From the NCBI GenBank assembly GCA_028534125.1, contig CM052817.1:32736001-32800000 (forward strand): DNA of 64,000 bases. The letters are read 5' to 3'. The DNA is from Lama glama. Its lineage: Eukaryota. The notes below the pieces were generated by a model. That model made no database searches. It saw nothing but the letters and a program-made list of their open reading frames with translations, and was not told where the DNA came from. Numbering within the stretch: position 1 is the first letter of the stretch; each line of letters begins with the position of its first letter. A program made the position numbers and the translations under genes. This document shows positions 23,461 through 35,010 of the stretch, piece by piece.

Positions 23461-26400
23461 TGGAAGAATCTGGTTGTAAGATGGTGGTGGGCCATTCCCA
23501 GGCCCCAGGACTTTATCTCATTTAATCCTCGAAACAGCCACATGACATCAATGCATTTATTTTCCCCATTTTTCAGATCAGAAGCCTGAGGCCCAGAACA
23601 TGTCTGCCCTCTGCCCGAGACCGTGTGACTGGAGGGAGGCAGAGCTGAGGTTTGAGCCCGGCCTGCAGGTTCAGCTTCCCCAGTCTCCTTCTCCGTTCCT
23701 GGGCGGAGTATTAATTGGTGCAGCTTTTCTGGAGGGTAAGTCAGCCTTACGTGTAAGCAGCTTTCCACACATGTTCATTCCCTTCATTTTGTTTTAGAGG
23801 ACTAATGACAGACACGCACAGGACCCAACTACACCATTGTTTGTAATGAGGAACAAGCAAACAAAAAAAATCAGGGAAGAACCCGACTGGTGCATAGGAG
23901 AGAACTGATTTCTTAAAAAATCATGGTATTTTCACACAATGGAAAACTGCGTAACCAGCGATTACGATGCTATAGAAACATGTATAATGACATGGAAAAA
24001 CCTTCCCAGCGTAAGTTAAGTAGGAGCAACAAAGACAACAAACCAGATGCAACACTGTATACCCATCATGATTCCCCAGTTTGGAAAAATTCCATTATTT
24101 ATGCACACACACGCACACACACACACACACAAATAACTGGAAGGAATACACCAAAATGTTAATAATAGTTCTCCCGAATGGTCTGATTATGGGTGATTTC
24201 TATTTTCTCTGTAAATTTCTGTGTAACTTTTGATAACAAGAAACAGTTATTTTTAAAAGGAATCTCTGCCTCAACATAAAAATATGCTTTTCTATTTATA
24301 TGACACATTAAGAAATGTTATGAAAAAAGTAAGCATACCTGAGTAGCTGAAATGAAAGACTAGACCCCTGTGAAACACCCAAGAGTTCTAAGAAGGTAGT
24401 GTTAAACTGTAGTCCGTATAACTAAGACTGAAATAGTTCCATTGTATTGCAATATCCTTATCTAGAGAAATCGTACCCAACCATTTCATTTAAGCACACT
24501 GGGTTTTCAAAATTTCAGTAAGGTTTAGTTTTTCTCTTCCTTTCTTTTGGAGAGATTCCTCCAAAGACAGTACATTCTATTTCTCTTTGGAGCACTTGGG
24601 TCTCTTAATTGGAGAGAAGTATCTCATTTCCACAGCAAAGTACCTTGATAAGTGGTTGCAAGAACATTGCAAATAAAACATTGAGACTGTATTAAGAAAT
24701 TGCTATATTAAGGTGCATTCCTAAGCAATTACTTACATATACATTTTCTCTTTTTAACTCCATTCTGGGAGAATAATCTTCTTTAAAGCTCATTTTGGAA
24801 AATGTCACTTGTGGGTTTTTTTCTTTTTCTTTTTCTTTTTCTGATCACAAGCCATTTTAGAGCTGTCAGAAACCTACACAGTGCAAGCAGCACCGTGGAG
24901 TTTCTCAGCATCAAAAATGAGGAGAATGCCAGGATGATCAGTTAACTTACTAAACGAAGGAAAAGGACATATTTAGATGTGCTCACAGAACAACCTGAAA
25001 AATCTGACAAGGTTAATGTTCCTAGATTAATGGTCATGCAACTGGAAGTGACTTTTAAAATATATAATTCCTGTAGCCCATCACATTCTTGTGGGTTTAA
25101 AGATGAAATGTTTGAAAGGATTGGAATGAATTTATTAAAAGAGAGGTTGGAAAGAGAGTGGACGAGCTGACAGGAGGGGTCACACTGGAGGGGAACACCC
25201 ACCACAGACGAGCACGCACACACACACACACACTCACACACACCCAGCTGTTCACACGGCCCCCACGGCAAACTGGCTTCACTTTTGAGAACCTGAATAT
25301 GAGCTAAATGCCTGCTCCATAGGGGGTGTTCAGCAGAGATCAAGGTGGCCCAGGAGAAGGGTTCCAGTACTGATGAAAGAACAGATGCGCCATCAACCCC
25401 GAAATGGACGGCAGTGGCTTCAGACCTGAACCCCACATCTGGAATATAGGCTGGAACATAAATGAAAGGAGAGGGGCACTGTTGGCCAGAGTATCACAGG
25501 GCTAGAAATGGCGGTAAGAGAAGAAAAGTCACTAACATGTGAGAACCAGTGGTCCAGCGGTTTTCAGCAAATGCCTGGTCAGGGTGGAGCCTGGTGGCCA
25601 CTCACCTCCCCCGCTGGCTCCACTCACATGCTCTCAGCACAGTCTCACCTCCTCCGTCCTCCAGCAGTGGAAACACCTTCCTAGGAGGCCCCTCTCCCCG
25701 GGGAGCAGTGGGGAGCATCGGGCCAGGCCACCAGCTTTTCCAATCCCTCTTGGAGCCCCTGCCTGTAGCCCACGCAGTCGGGCACACAGGTGTCAGCAAA
25801 CGCGTTTTCGCTCAGGAGGAAAGGAGGCCATCCTAGCTCACTCAGCTAACAAGCAGCAGCGTCAGGATTTAAAATCAGCTCTGCTTCTCTCCAAAACTCA
25901 GATGCTTTCAATCATCCCATAACGCCACATCAGTGTTTCAGTCCTAATGGTAAATCTTTAACAAATGGTGGCAAGGATTTCTGACAGAAGCTAGTTTTAG
26001 GAATTCTGGCTTTTAAGGTTTTTTTTTTTTACTTTCTCTCCTTCTCTCCATCCATCTTTTTCCTCCTTCTAGTCTTCTCTCCCTTTATTTTCTCTTTTTT
26101 CTAATCTTAAGGGAAGGCTTTTAGCCCCCACCTCATAATACCCAGCCTTTCATCTCTAATATGGACAGTTGGAGTTTTCTGCATTGCATGTCAAGTGCGG
26201 CTTCCAAGCCAGTCCCCGACCCCGCCCCTCTATCCAGCCTGGTGCCCAACCCATCCTTCCCAGAAGCTGGGTGCCAGGCCTGTGTTCTTTCACATCTACT
26301 AGGTACTGTTGGAGAGTCCGGAACAGCATGCCTCCTAGGAAGGAAGACCCACCACCCAGGCTGCCCTCACTATTCCAGCCGTCCCCTTTTTGGATCTTTC

Positions 26401-26983
26401 TCACTTGCAACGACTGGAGTCCCAGCATTTTTATTTTTCCTCCCTCTGTAAGAAGGAAAAAGAGAAGGTTCAGATGGGTGGATGTCAGACGCAGACCCTC
26501 CCCTGTGAGGATTCCCAGAAAAGCAATTGAAAACTGAACACAGGCTTTAACTTTTTTCAGTTTCAAGCCTTATGTTTTCCAAAAGAAGAAAACGTTCTCC
26601 CCTGTAATAATTATTGGGATGAAAGATGGGAATGAAGGTCATAACAAGCTGTGGTGAAGAAACGTGAGTGGCAGTGAGAACAGTCTGGTTCACACGGGGG
26701 CCCGGGCCCTGCAGACGGGGTGGGGGCCAGGGCTGGACACAGGGGGCCTGATGTGGGCCTGCCTCTGTCCTTCTCTGGACGCTTATATGAGGCTGCCTTT
26801 TGCTCCGAAATCTTCTGGAATTTAAGGAGAAACATGATAGAATAAATGAGCTGACCCATAAAATAGGGGTGCTGAGTTTCAGGAAAGTTCACCCAGCTGT
26901 CCTTACCAGTGGTGCCGGGGGTTCTGTTTATACGTATATTAAGAGGATCAGTCTAGTGGATCGAAAGGGTGTAGTTATAAAGC

Positions 26984-26985
<2 letters not shown>

Positions 26986-27018
<33 letters not shown>
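26986..27018 (+). repeat. (GT)n microsatellite
   Basis: Seen directly. Confidence 0.95.
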
Positions 27019-27020
<2 letters not shown>

Positions 27021-27349
27021 GAAACCTGTATTCTATTTCAGACACATTCAAGTGTGTTTGAATCAGAGACTTGGAGCATGGGTTGCTTCCTCCAGGAAGC
27101 CTTCCCTGACTGTTCCTGGCACGGTCTCCAGGCAGGCCTTCCTCCTGTGTAGGCAGCAACCACTCAGCACACCCAGCAGCACATTTACCTGGTGTACTTC
27201 TCCACCAGCCATGAACTTCTTGAGGACCAGGGAAGTGTGTTTTTTAGTCTTTACAATACCAGCACCTAGTCTAGGACCCAGCACATAGTAGGCCTTCAAG
27301 ACCTGTGGCTTGGAAGAGAGGCATCTTAAGACTTGAGGTGGTTGGAGGC

Positions 27350-27600
27350 AGGGTAATTAGTGGTTTACATTCAAGGGCTATCGAGCCAGACTTCTTGGGA
27401 CACACAACACTGTTATTCCGTAGTAACTGTGAACTCTTAGACCTCAATTTCCTCATCTTTAAAATGGAGGTGTGTTTGGCACCTGCCTCTTTGGACTGTT
27501 GCGTGTTGAATGAGGTAATTATTTAAAAAGCTTAGCCCAGAGTCTGCCGCTTAGCTTAGTGGGCAGTCCGTAAACAACAGCTAATCTTACTATATTATTA
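27350..27600 (+). mobile_element. MIR SINE
   Basis: acctcaatttcctcatctttaaaatggagg...gaggtaattatttaaaaagcttagcccagagtctg. Confidence 0.75.
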
Positions 27601-28319
27601 GGTAGAGGGAGCCTTTCAGAAAGAGAACAAATGAACTGTAGTTCTGTCCCTCCTTTGTCTCTAATCCAGGTTTTAGGGACTGACTCATCCTAAATCCTAC
27701 TTCTTTCTGTGTGGCATGTGAACATGTCCAGCTTTCCTGGAAACTACATCCTAGTCACTCATCTCAGCCATCTGAGCTCTGTGAACAAGGCTCGTGACTG
27801 CTCACGGCTCAGGGAGCAAGTCAGTTTAATGCTGGCATTTCCAAAGAAGCTGATGATAATTCTAAAGCTAATTCTGTTCACTTAAGGACACTGGCCATTA
27901 TCCCATTTCTGTGCACTTAAGGACCTCTTTGCTGGTTGCTGTGTTACAAGATGAACGTCAGAAAGATGGAGTGTTGTTTGCTTCCTTGGTGCTTCCAAAT
28001 CTCTAAATATTTCACAGATTTGAAATCTCTCAAAATTAACACCCTCCCTAAGAATGATTACTCACTCCCTACCCCCTGCTAAGCCCTTTCATTATTATGA
28101 CCCCACCAGTTTAAAGAACACTTTTATGTGATGGGCAGGCTAGCCTCCCTTTTGTAGATGAGGAATCAAAGACCCAGAGAGGTTAAGGTCATCCTGAGAA
28201 CAGCAGTTGGGGGGAGGGCACTGTAGAACTCAGGACTGTTGACAGAGAAACCAGTGTCTGTTCTGTAACATGTTTTGGCAATGTTAGAAATAGTCCCTTC
28301 CTTAAGACCTTTCAGTACT

Positions 28320-28783
28320 CTAGCAGAAACTGCTGTTTATCCATTCTCCCTTTATTCCTTAGTAATAAAACACCCAATTTTTAACTAGGCACACGGGCAA
28401 CTAAGACTCCATTCCCCAGCCTCCCCAGCAGATAGATGTAGCTACGTGACTAAGTTCTGGCAATGAGAGTAAGTGGAAATGATGTGCATCTGGGAAAGAA
28501 GAAAACATGTTTTCCCTCCTCCTTTCTGCTGACTGCCATGAGGATGTGATAGCTGGAAATCAAGCAGCCATTCTGAACCATGAGGTAGAGGTAAACTGTG
28601 TTCTGAGGATGGCAGATGGAAGATAGAAGGTGCTAGTCCCTGATACTGTGGACAGGCATCCTAGCTTCTGATGGATTACGCAAACCTCAGTTCATGTGGG
28701 GAGGAGATACATTTCTGCCTTGTTTAATGGATTATTATTTGGGGTTTCTGTCACTTGCAGCCAAACCTAACCTAAACAAAACA
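28320..28783 (+). mobile_element. MaLR LTR (MLT1J-like)
   Basis: cattccccagcctcccc...gtgactaagttctggcaatgaga...gcagccattctgaaccatgagg...ggtttctgtcacttgcagccaaac. Confidence 0.8.
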
Positions 28784-29219
28784 AGTGGTTTTCTACTGCA
28801 CTGAGAACAAAATCCCAGATACTCACCGAGGGCTGCCAGACCCTGCATGGCCCTGCCCTGGCTTAGTTTTTCAGCATTGTCTTGCATCAAACTCCTTTTT
28901 GCTCCCTACATTTTAACCCACTCTCCTTTCTCATATGCTGTTGCTTCTGCATGGAATGCATTCACCTGGATAACTTCTGCTCCCCACTGGGGTCTCAGTC
29001 TACATGCCCCATATTCAGAGAGGCATTCCTTGACCAAGTTCCTTTTATGCTTTTCCGTTCCCTTTGCTCTTTTCTTTTCTAGCACCTAGCTTTTCAGTGT
29101 GGAAATATATATTTTATTGCATGGTTATTTGCTTAATGTCTGTCTTAACTACTAGATGTTAGTTCTAAGGACTGGGGGACCCTCAACCCAGTACACCCTG
29201 GCCGTACACAGAGCCCACT

Positions 29220-29773
29220 TGTGGCAGACTGTCGTTAGCTACAGCATTTCCCATCCCACATATGCTTCTGCAGTGTGATTTTTTCGCTCTCCCATCAAGA
29301 AGTAGAATCTATGTCTCCACCTCCTCCAATCTGGCTAGGCCCCGTGACAGCTTTCACTTATAGAATATGACAGAAGTGACACTCTACCTGTTCTAGGGGT
29401 GGCCCTTAACTGGGCTGGCAGCTTCTGCTTTCCCCCTTTAAAAGTCATCTGTCACATAAGAAGTGCAGGTACCCTGAAGCCACCAAGCTCAAGCCATTGG
29501 AGAAGGCCTGGATAGTGAAACACTATGGGGGCAGAGAAGGACAGCCCACAGGTACCGAGGCTCCTGCTACGTGAGGGAGCCGTCCCGGTCATCCAGCCCA
29601 GGGGAGCCTTTGGATAACTGCAGGCCCAGCTTCCATCTGATGGCAAGCACATGAGACTCAAAGCAGGGACCCCCGAGCTGAGCCCAGCCAAAGGACAACT
29701 CTGTAAGAATAAATAGTTATGTAAAGCCACTGTGTTTTGGGGTGGTTTGTTACACAGCAAGATAATGTGAACA
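29220..29773 (+). mobile_element. MaLR LTR (MLT1F/G-like), near full length
   Basis: tgtggcagac...cccatcaagaagtagaatctat...aagccactgtgttttggggtggtttgttacacagcaagataatgtgaaca. Confidence 0.85.
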
Positions 29774-31129
29774 TGGGCAAAGAATAGCCATTTATCAAAT
29801 GGCTGATGGATAGGTTTTATTCTTTTTGTCCTTTGATTGTGGGAAGCTAACAATCCACAGCAACCCTGAGACAGACCTGGAACTGGCATGTGTCCTAGGG
29901 TGGAGCTCCGGCCCTGGGCTACAGCATCCTAACTGAAGGCCTGTGGTTTAATCCTCATGAGATGAATGCAAGGAGAAGATGCCTTCTCCACACACATGGG
30001 ACAAAAGACTGGGAGGTATCAGCTAGCTGTGCTTGGCCTCCTTGCTTACGGCGGCACATGCCACTTTAAACCATCATAAACACAGCTAAACTATCTGAAC
30101 AATGAGTGAGGTGGGCAGGAAGTGAGGAAGCTCAGGAGATGCAAACAGGTGGTGGTGAGACACCATGTGGACAATGGTCGCAGCTTTCTCTGGGCAGTAG
30201 GGTTATGGGCCATTGCAAATATTGTTTTTCCTTTTGCTCATCTGCATTTTCTAGATATCCTCCAAAGCACGTCTTACCGTTTTACTAAAAATAAGAAATG
30301 AATTTTTATTTAAAGTCTTCAGTTGTGCTGTGAACTTGGCAGAAAATGAAAATAACTAAACCAAACTGAGAGAAGACAAAACCACCAAGCAAAACCCAGG
30401 CTCCAAACCTGCATTCTCAGCAGCCAATCTTAAAGGCTGTTTTTTAGGAAAAAAAAGAAATAAGCATATCCCAGTGTAGCTTAGAAAGGCCAAGTGAGAG
30501 TGAGCATTGGAATGAGGTGCCAAGGGGGTGGCAGGAGTCTGGAAACCAGGGGCAGAGCTGCAGAGCATGCCCCGCTTTTATTTTTCAGTGGAATGTTGGT
30601 TTGCTCAGCCTGAGCCACCAGTGCCCCGTCTAGCAGGATCCTGGACTTGCCAAACCCCCTGATTTATAATTATCCAGCATTCAGTTGCTCTTTGGAAACT
30701 ATTTTGGTCATTATGCTCAATGCTATGATTAATTATACCTTATTAAAAGGCCAAGATATATTCTCTGGAAATGTAAACTTTTCTGATTAGGGGGAGTACT
30801 TTTCAGCTAAGCCAGCTCAGGGGCCACGTAACACTGAGTCACCAGTGCAGAACCACTGCTTTAAAGCGGGCAGCTGATGATTTGGAAATCTGATGAGAAA
30901 AAAAAAAATTAAAACTAGAAAAACTAGCTTGGGAAGGGAGTAACTCTGCCTTTTCAATAGCATCTCCCAGGATTCTCCTAAGGGCAGGTTCAAGACTGTG
31001 TAATCTCATTTTATTCAACATTATTTATTGACTCCTGCCTGGTGGCCTGGAGCTATTTGGGCCACTGGCTCCCTGTAACATGTGGCGTTCATTTATTCAT
31101 TCATTCACTCATTCTGTAAGAATTGTGAG

Positions 31130-31345
31130 CACAGGCAGCACTGGGGCCCCAGACAGATGGGCGAAACCATCTTGGACCTTCCAGCCCAGTTGAACTGTCA
31201 GCTGAATGCAGCTGCCAGAGTGAACTAGCCAAGGCCACGTGAGCCCTGCCCAAATTCTTGACCCACAGAAACATGAACAATAGTAAACAGTTGTTGTGTT
31301 AAACCACTAAGCTTTGGGTTGTTATGCAGCAATACACAAACGATA
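31130..31345 (+). mobile_element. MaLR LTR 3' half (MLT1G/H-like)
   Basis: ccatcttggaccttccagccca...gccctgcccaaattcttgacccacagaa...aaaccactaagctttgggttgttatgcagcaata. Confidence 0.75.
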
Positions 31346-31629
31346 AACTCTATCTGAATCCTCTCTCTCCCCCTGAGGAGTGTAAGAAGTCAAGACAGAG
31401 CCTTTTACTTTGACTCCCAAATCTGCAAAAGACCTGGGAGGCCTGGGTTGACCCGCTCTGACTCCATTTGTCTTCATATACCCAATAAAGGAGCTCTAGC
31501 TGCCTTAAAAGTTGCTCCTCTGACACCAAAATGTTATCAATGGATTTCTTTGGATGATGTAGTTATAGGTAATTTCTTGCCTTTTTCAACTTTTCTAGAC
31601 TTAGCTAAAATTGCTTCAATAATGAGGAA

Positions 31630-32205
31630 AGATATGGCAGGGCTCTCTTCCATTGTGGCAGCCATACCCAATCCTTTTCTTCCTTCCTGTAGGGTCTTAA
31701 AGAGCCAGATACTCATCTTCCTAGTCTTCCTTGCAGCTGGAGGTGACAAGGCAAAAAAAGTATCATCCAATAAGATACAAAATCAAGTCTGATGAAGGGC
31801 TTTTGGGCAAGAATTTCCCTTTCTGGAACAAAGAAAAGAAAAAAAAGAGTTACGCAGGAGAATTTACTCTTGCTCTCCTCTTTCTGCTTCCTGCCTTTGG
31901 ATATGGTTACTTAAGAAAGGGATGTCTGGAGCTCCTGCAGCAATCTTGTGACCCTGAGGCAATAAGTCTACAGCTGAAAAAAAAAAAAAAGGTTTTCTTA
32001 AAAAAAAAAAGAAAGAAACAGAAGGATGGAAAACATTTGGCTTCTTGATGTCTTGATACCACCATAAGTTGTTATATAACCCTGAGATTTTTTTTTTTCA
32101 ACCTCTTAACTCCTTGTTAACTAACTGACAAATGCACTTAGGGCTTAAAACACTGTAAGATTTTTTTTTTTATTTCTTGCAGCTGAAAGCATTCCTAGCT
32201 GATAC
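31630..32205 (+). mobile_element. MaLR LTR (MLT1J/K-like)
   Basis: cttcctagtcttccttgcagctggagg...gcagcaatcttgtgaccctgagg...ttgcagctgaaagcattcctagctgataca. Confidence 0.7.
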
Positions 32206-32699
32206 AATAATCCTGTGGGTATTTAACATTCCTTTTCTAGTACTGATTTTTTTCCCATGTAGCTAAATCCAATTCCTCCTATTTGTAAGTTAATCCTTTT
32301 CCTCTTATTTTGTCTCAATGGACACAGCAACTTGCTGGTTACCCATCGTTGCATTGTTAAACCTGTTAGGTATAAAACAGCTCTCGTCAAGGGTTAAATG
32401 TTAGTTACTCACAATCCAGTTTATGAGGCCTGTTTGCCTATCTTCAGCTGTGGTGCTGACAAAGTCATTACTCTGCAAAACTCCTGATGGCTTTGGCAGA
32501 TGTGGGTAGGTGGCATGTGTCCTGCTGCTTTTCCTCTCAGCCTCACCAAGCCGGATAGCATCATGCCCTCACCAGCCACAACACCCGACTCAGGAAGGCA
32601 CACTCAGGAAGGCACTGAGAAGGTCTGCACAATTCTACCAGCAGCAAAGATACAGGAAAACTCAGGTCAATCTCAGCCACAGTGACCTACACTAATTTT

Positions 32700-33030
32700 C
32701 TGTTTTTCCTTCAACTTTGTATTATGGCAATTTGAAACATATACAAAAAAAGACAAAAGAGTATTACAAACCCCCAGGTACCTAACACTCAGCTTCAACA
32801 GTTACTGATTCATGAACATTCTTTTTTACACTATACATCTACCCACTTAACTACTTCCTATGTTATTTTGGAGCAAATACCAGACATATCACTTCATCTA
32901 TATATGTCAGTATGCAGTTCTAAAAGCCAATGAGTCATTTAAAAATATAACCACTGTATCATTAGTACACTTAAAGATAATTCCTTAATACCATCAAATA
33001 TTCAGTGTTCAAATTTCCACTGATTATCTT
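32700..33030 (-). mobile_element. Old L1MC-like 3' end
   Basis: aactttgtattatggcaatttgaaacatatacaaaa...cagcttcaacagttact...aaataccagacatatc. Confidence 0.7.
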
Positions 33031-33151
33031 AAGATTGGTTGTATTATATACCATTGCTTTTAGCTGACACAAAAGTAGCACATATTTATTGAAGAACTTT
33101 GGGGAAGCATGAGAAAGCACACAGAAGACAATTTAGACTCACCTACAAGCC

Positions 33152-33290
33152 CCAGAGCTGATGCCAAGGCCTAAGGTGCCCTGTGTGATTAGGAAAAGAT
33201 GTCACTTCCAAGACGTCAATCACTGCTGTTCTGTCAAGTAGACACCCGTGGGCTGTGCACGGACTGGCCATTGTGTGTTCACGGCCCTGA
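33152..33290. mobile_element. MER91-like hAT-Tip100 fossil
   Basis: cagagctg...ggtgccctgtgtgattaggaaaag...ctgtgcacgg...cacggccctg, with short terminal inverted ends. Confidence 0.55.
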
Positions 33291-34637
33291 GTATTTCATC
33301 AGTGTTTGTTTACATTTTGGAGTATAGCTTTCCAGATTTTTATGGATACATACCTAACTTTTGCATAACTGTTTTCATATTATACATTCTGTTTTTGTAA
33401 GCAGCTTTTTTTCACTTAATAGCAGACCATAAACATTTCCCCGTGTCATTAAATTTGCTCCCAAAGCATGACTTTCTGTGGCTGCATTGGGGTGCACTGT
33501 ATGGCTGTACCATCGTGGGTTTAAGCGGTGGCCAGTTGCTTAGACCTATTGCCTTTGGAGTCACTGCCTGTCTTTGGTAGATAAAACACAGGCAAGAACG
33601 TTATGTGCTTCTCAGGAGGAACGTTAAAACACACAGGGAAATTTCTGCATACACATTGCATGACTGAGGTTTTAAATTGGTTCCACCCACTGTTTTTGGA
33701 AGAAAGCAAAGATATGGTTCCACTTACCTCGACTCACGCCTGTGGGGCAGGAAGAACCATCTCTTGGCATGTTTAGATTCCTAGCAATTCTTCAGTAATC
33801 AAGAAGCTTCGGTGAAGAGCAGTGAGGCAAGAAAATAGAACATGTCTATTAGGACAGCCACTCTCAAAGTTATGCAACCAGGAGAGTCGGGGTTTGGGCA
33901 ACCAACCTCAGCTAGTGGACTCAAGGGTTCTCTTGGACCAAAATTGCCGAGTTCTAGGGCCTAAACACAGCCACCCCTGGATGCAAACCCCCAACTAAGA
34001 AACATCACAGACTCAGGAGTCGGCCAATGGATTCTCGGAAATTTGCCAGCTCATAATCTTCATCTCTTGAGAATTAGGATAAACATTAAGATGAATTGCA
34101 AAGCATCATTTGCCCAAACGGCCCACAGTCAGCCCACGCCTGAGCCACAGCATTTTCTATCGCAGCTCTTACCTTCCTGACTGAGTCCACTAAACTAAAG
34201 GACTCACTTTAGTGAAGTCGTTTGGACAGAGTGGGGTCAGAGGGCAGATGGAAACAAGGAACTCCCAATCCCAGAAGCCACTCCTATGGGTCATGCAATT
34301 TGGTAGGTGCCTTGAAATCCCTCAGATGGGAAGGCTGCTTAAATGCAAATGATCAGAATTACGTTGGGCAGCCAAAAGAAGGGTTAGGAGGAAAACTCTT
34401 CCAATTTTACATCAACTTATAAACTTTAAAAATGGATAAGGAGCCCATATCACTGGGCTCGCTGAAGGCGTTTCTCAGGATAGGAGGAGGCACAGAGTGT
34501 CAGGTCCTGCTCAGAGGAGACTTGCACACTAAATATGACCTGGGTGGTGTGCAGGAGCCATCACTCATCACTTCTAAGGAGCTGCATTTTCACCCAGAAT
34601 TTCACCCGCCTCTCATATCATAAATGCTGTCAGATGG

Positions 34638-35010
34638 TGTATTAGTTTCCTAAGGCGGCTGTAACCAAGTACCACAGGCTGGATGGCTTAAAACAACAAA
34701 ATGTATCCTTTCACAGTTCTGGAGGTTAGAAGTTTGAAATCCCGGTGCTTGCAGGGCCGTGATCCCTCCAACCCCTAGGGGAGGACACTTCCTTGTCTCT
34801 TCCAGCTTTGGTGGCTTCATGCAGGTGTCCTTGGGTTGTGGCTGTGTAACTCTAACCCCTCATCTTTACATGGATTAGGCTCCACCCTAATGACTTCATT
34901 TTGACTCAATTCGATCTGCCAAGATTCTATTTCCAAGTAAGATCACATTCACAGGCGCTCAAGGTTAGGACTTCAATATATCTTTGGGGGACACAATCCA
35001 ACCCATAACA
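34638..35010 (-). mobile_element. MaLR solo LTR (MLT1B/C-like)
   Basis: tgtattagtttcctaaggcggctgtaaccaagtaccac...tcacagttctggagg...gggggacacaatccaacccataaca; near-TSD gatgg/gatag. Confidence 0.9.

Noticed and set aside
23157-23768. 203-aa minus-strand ORF
   Set aside because: Runs through L2, MIR and L1 fragments; a chance ORF.
24861-25011. Possible plus-strand exon after a long polypyrimidine tract (ttttag|agctg...aag|gttaat)
   Set aside because: Weak donor, no recognisable protein and no transcript evidence; it could be a lncRNA exon but cannot be supported from sequence alone.
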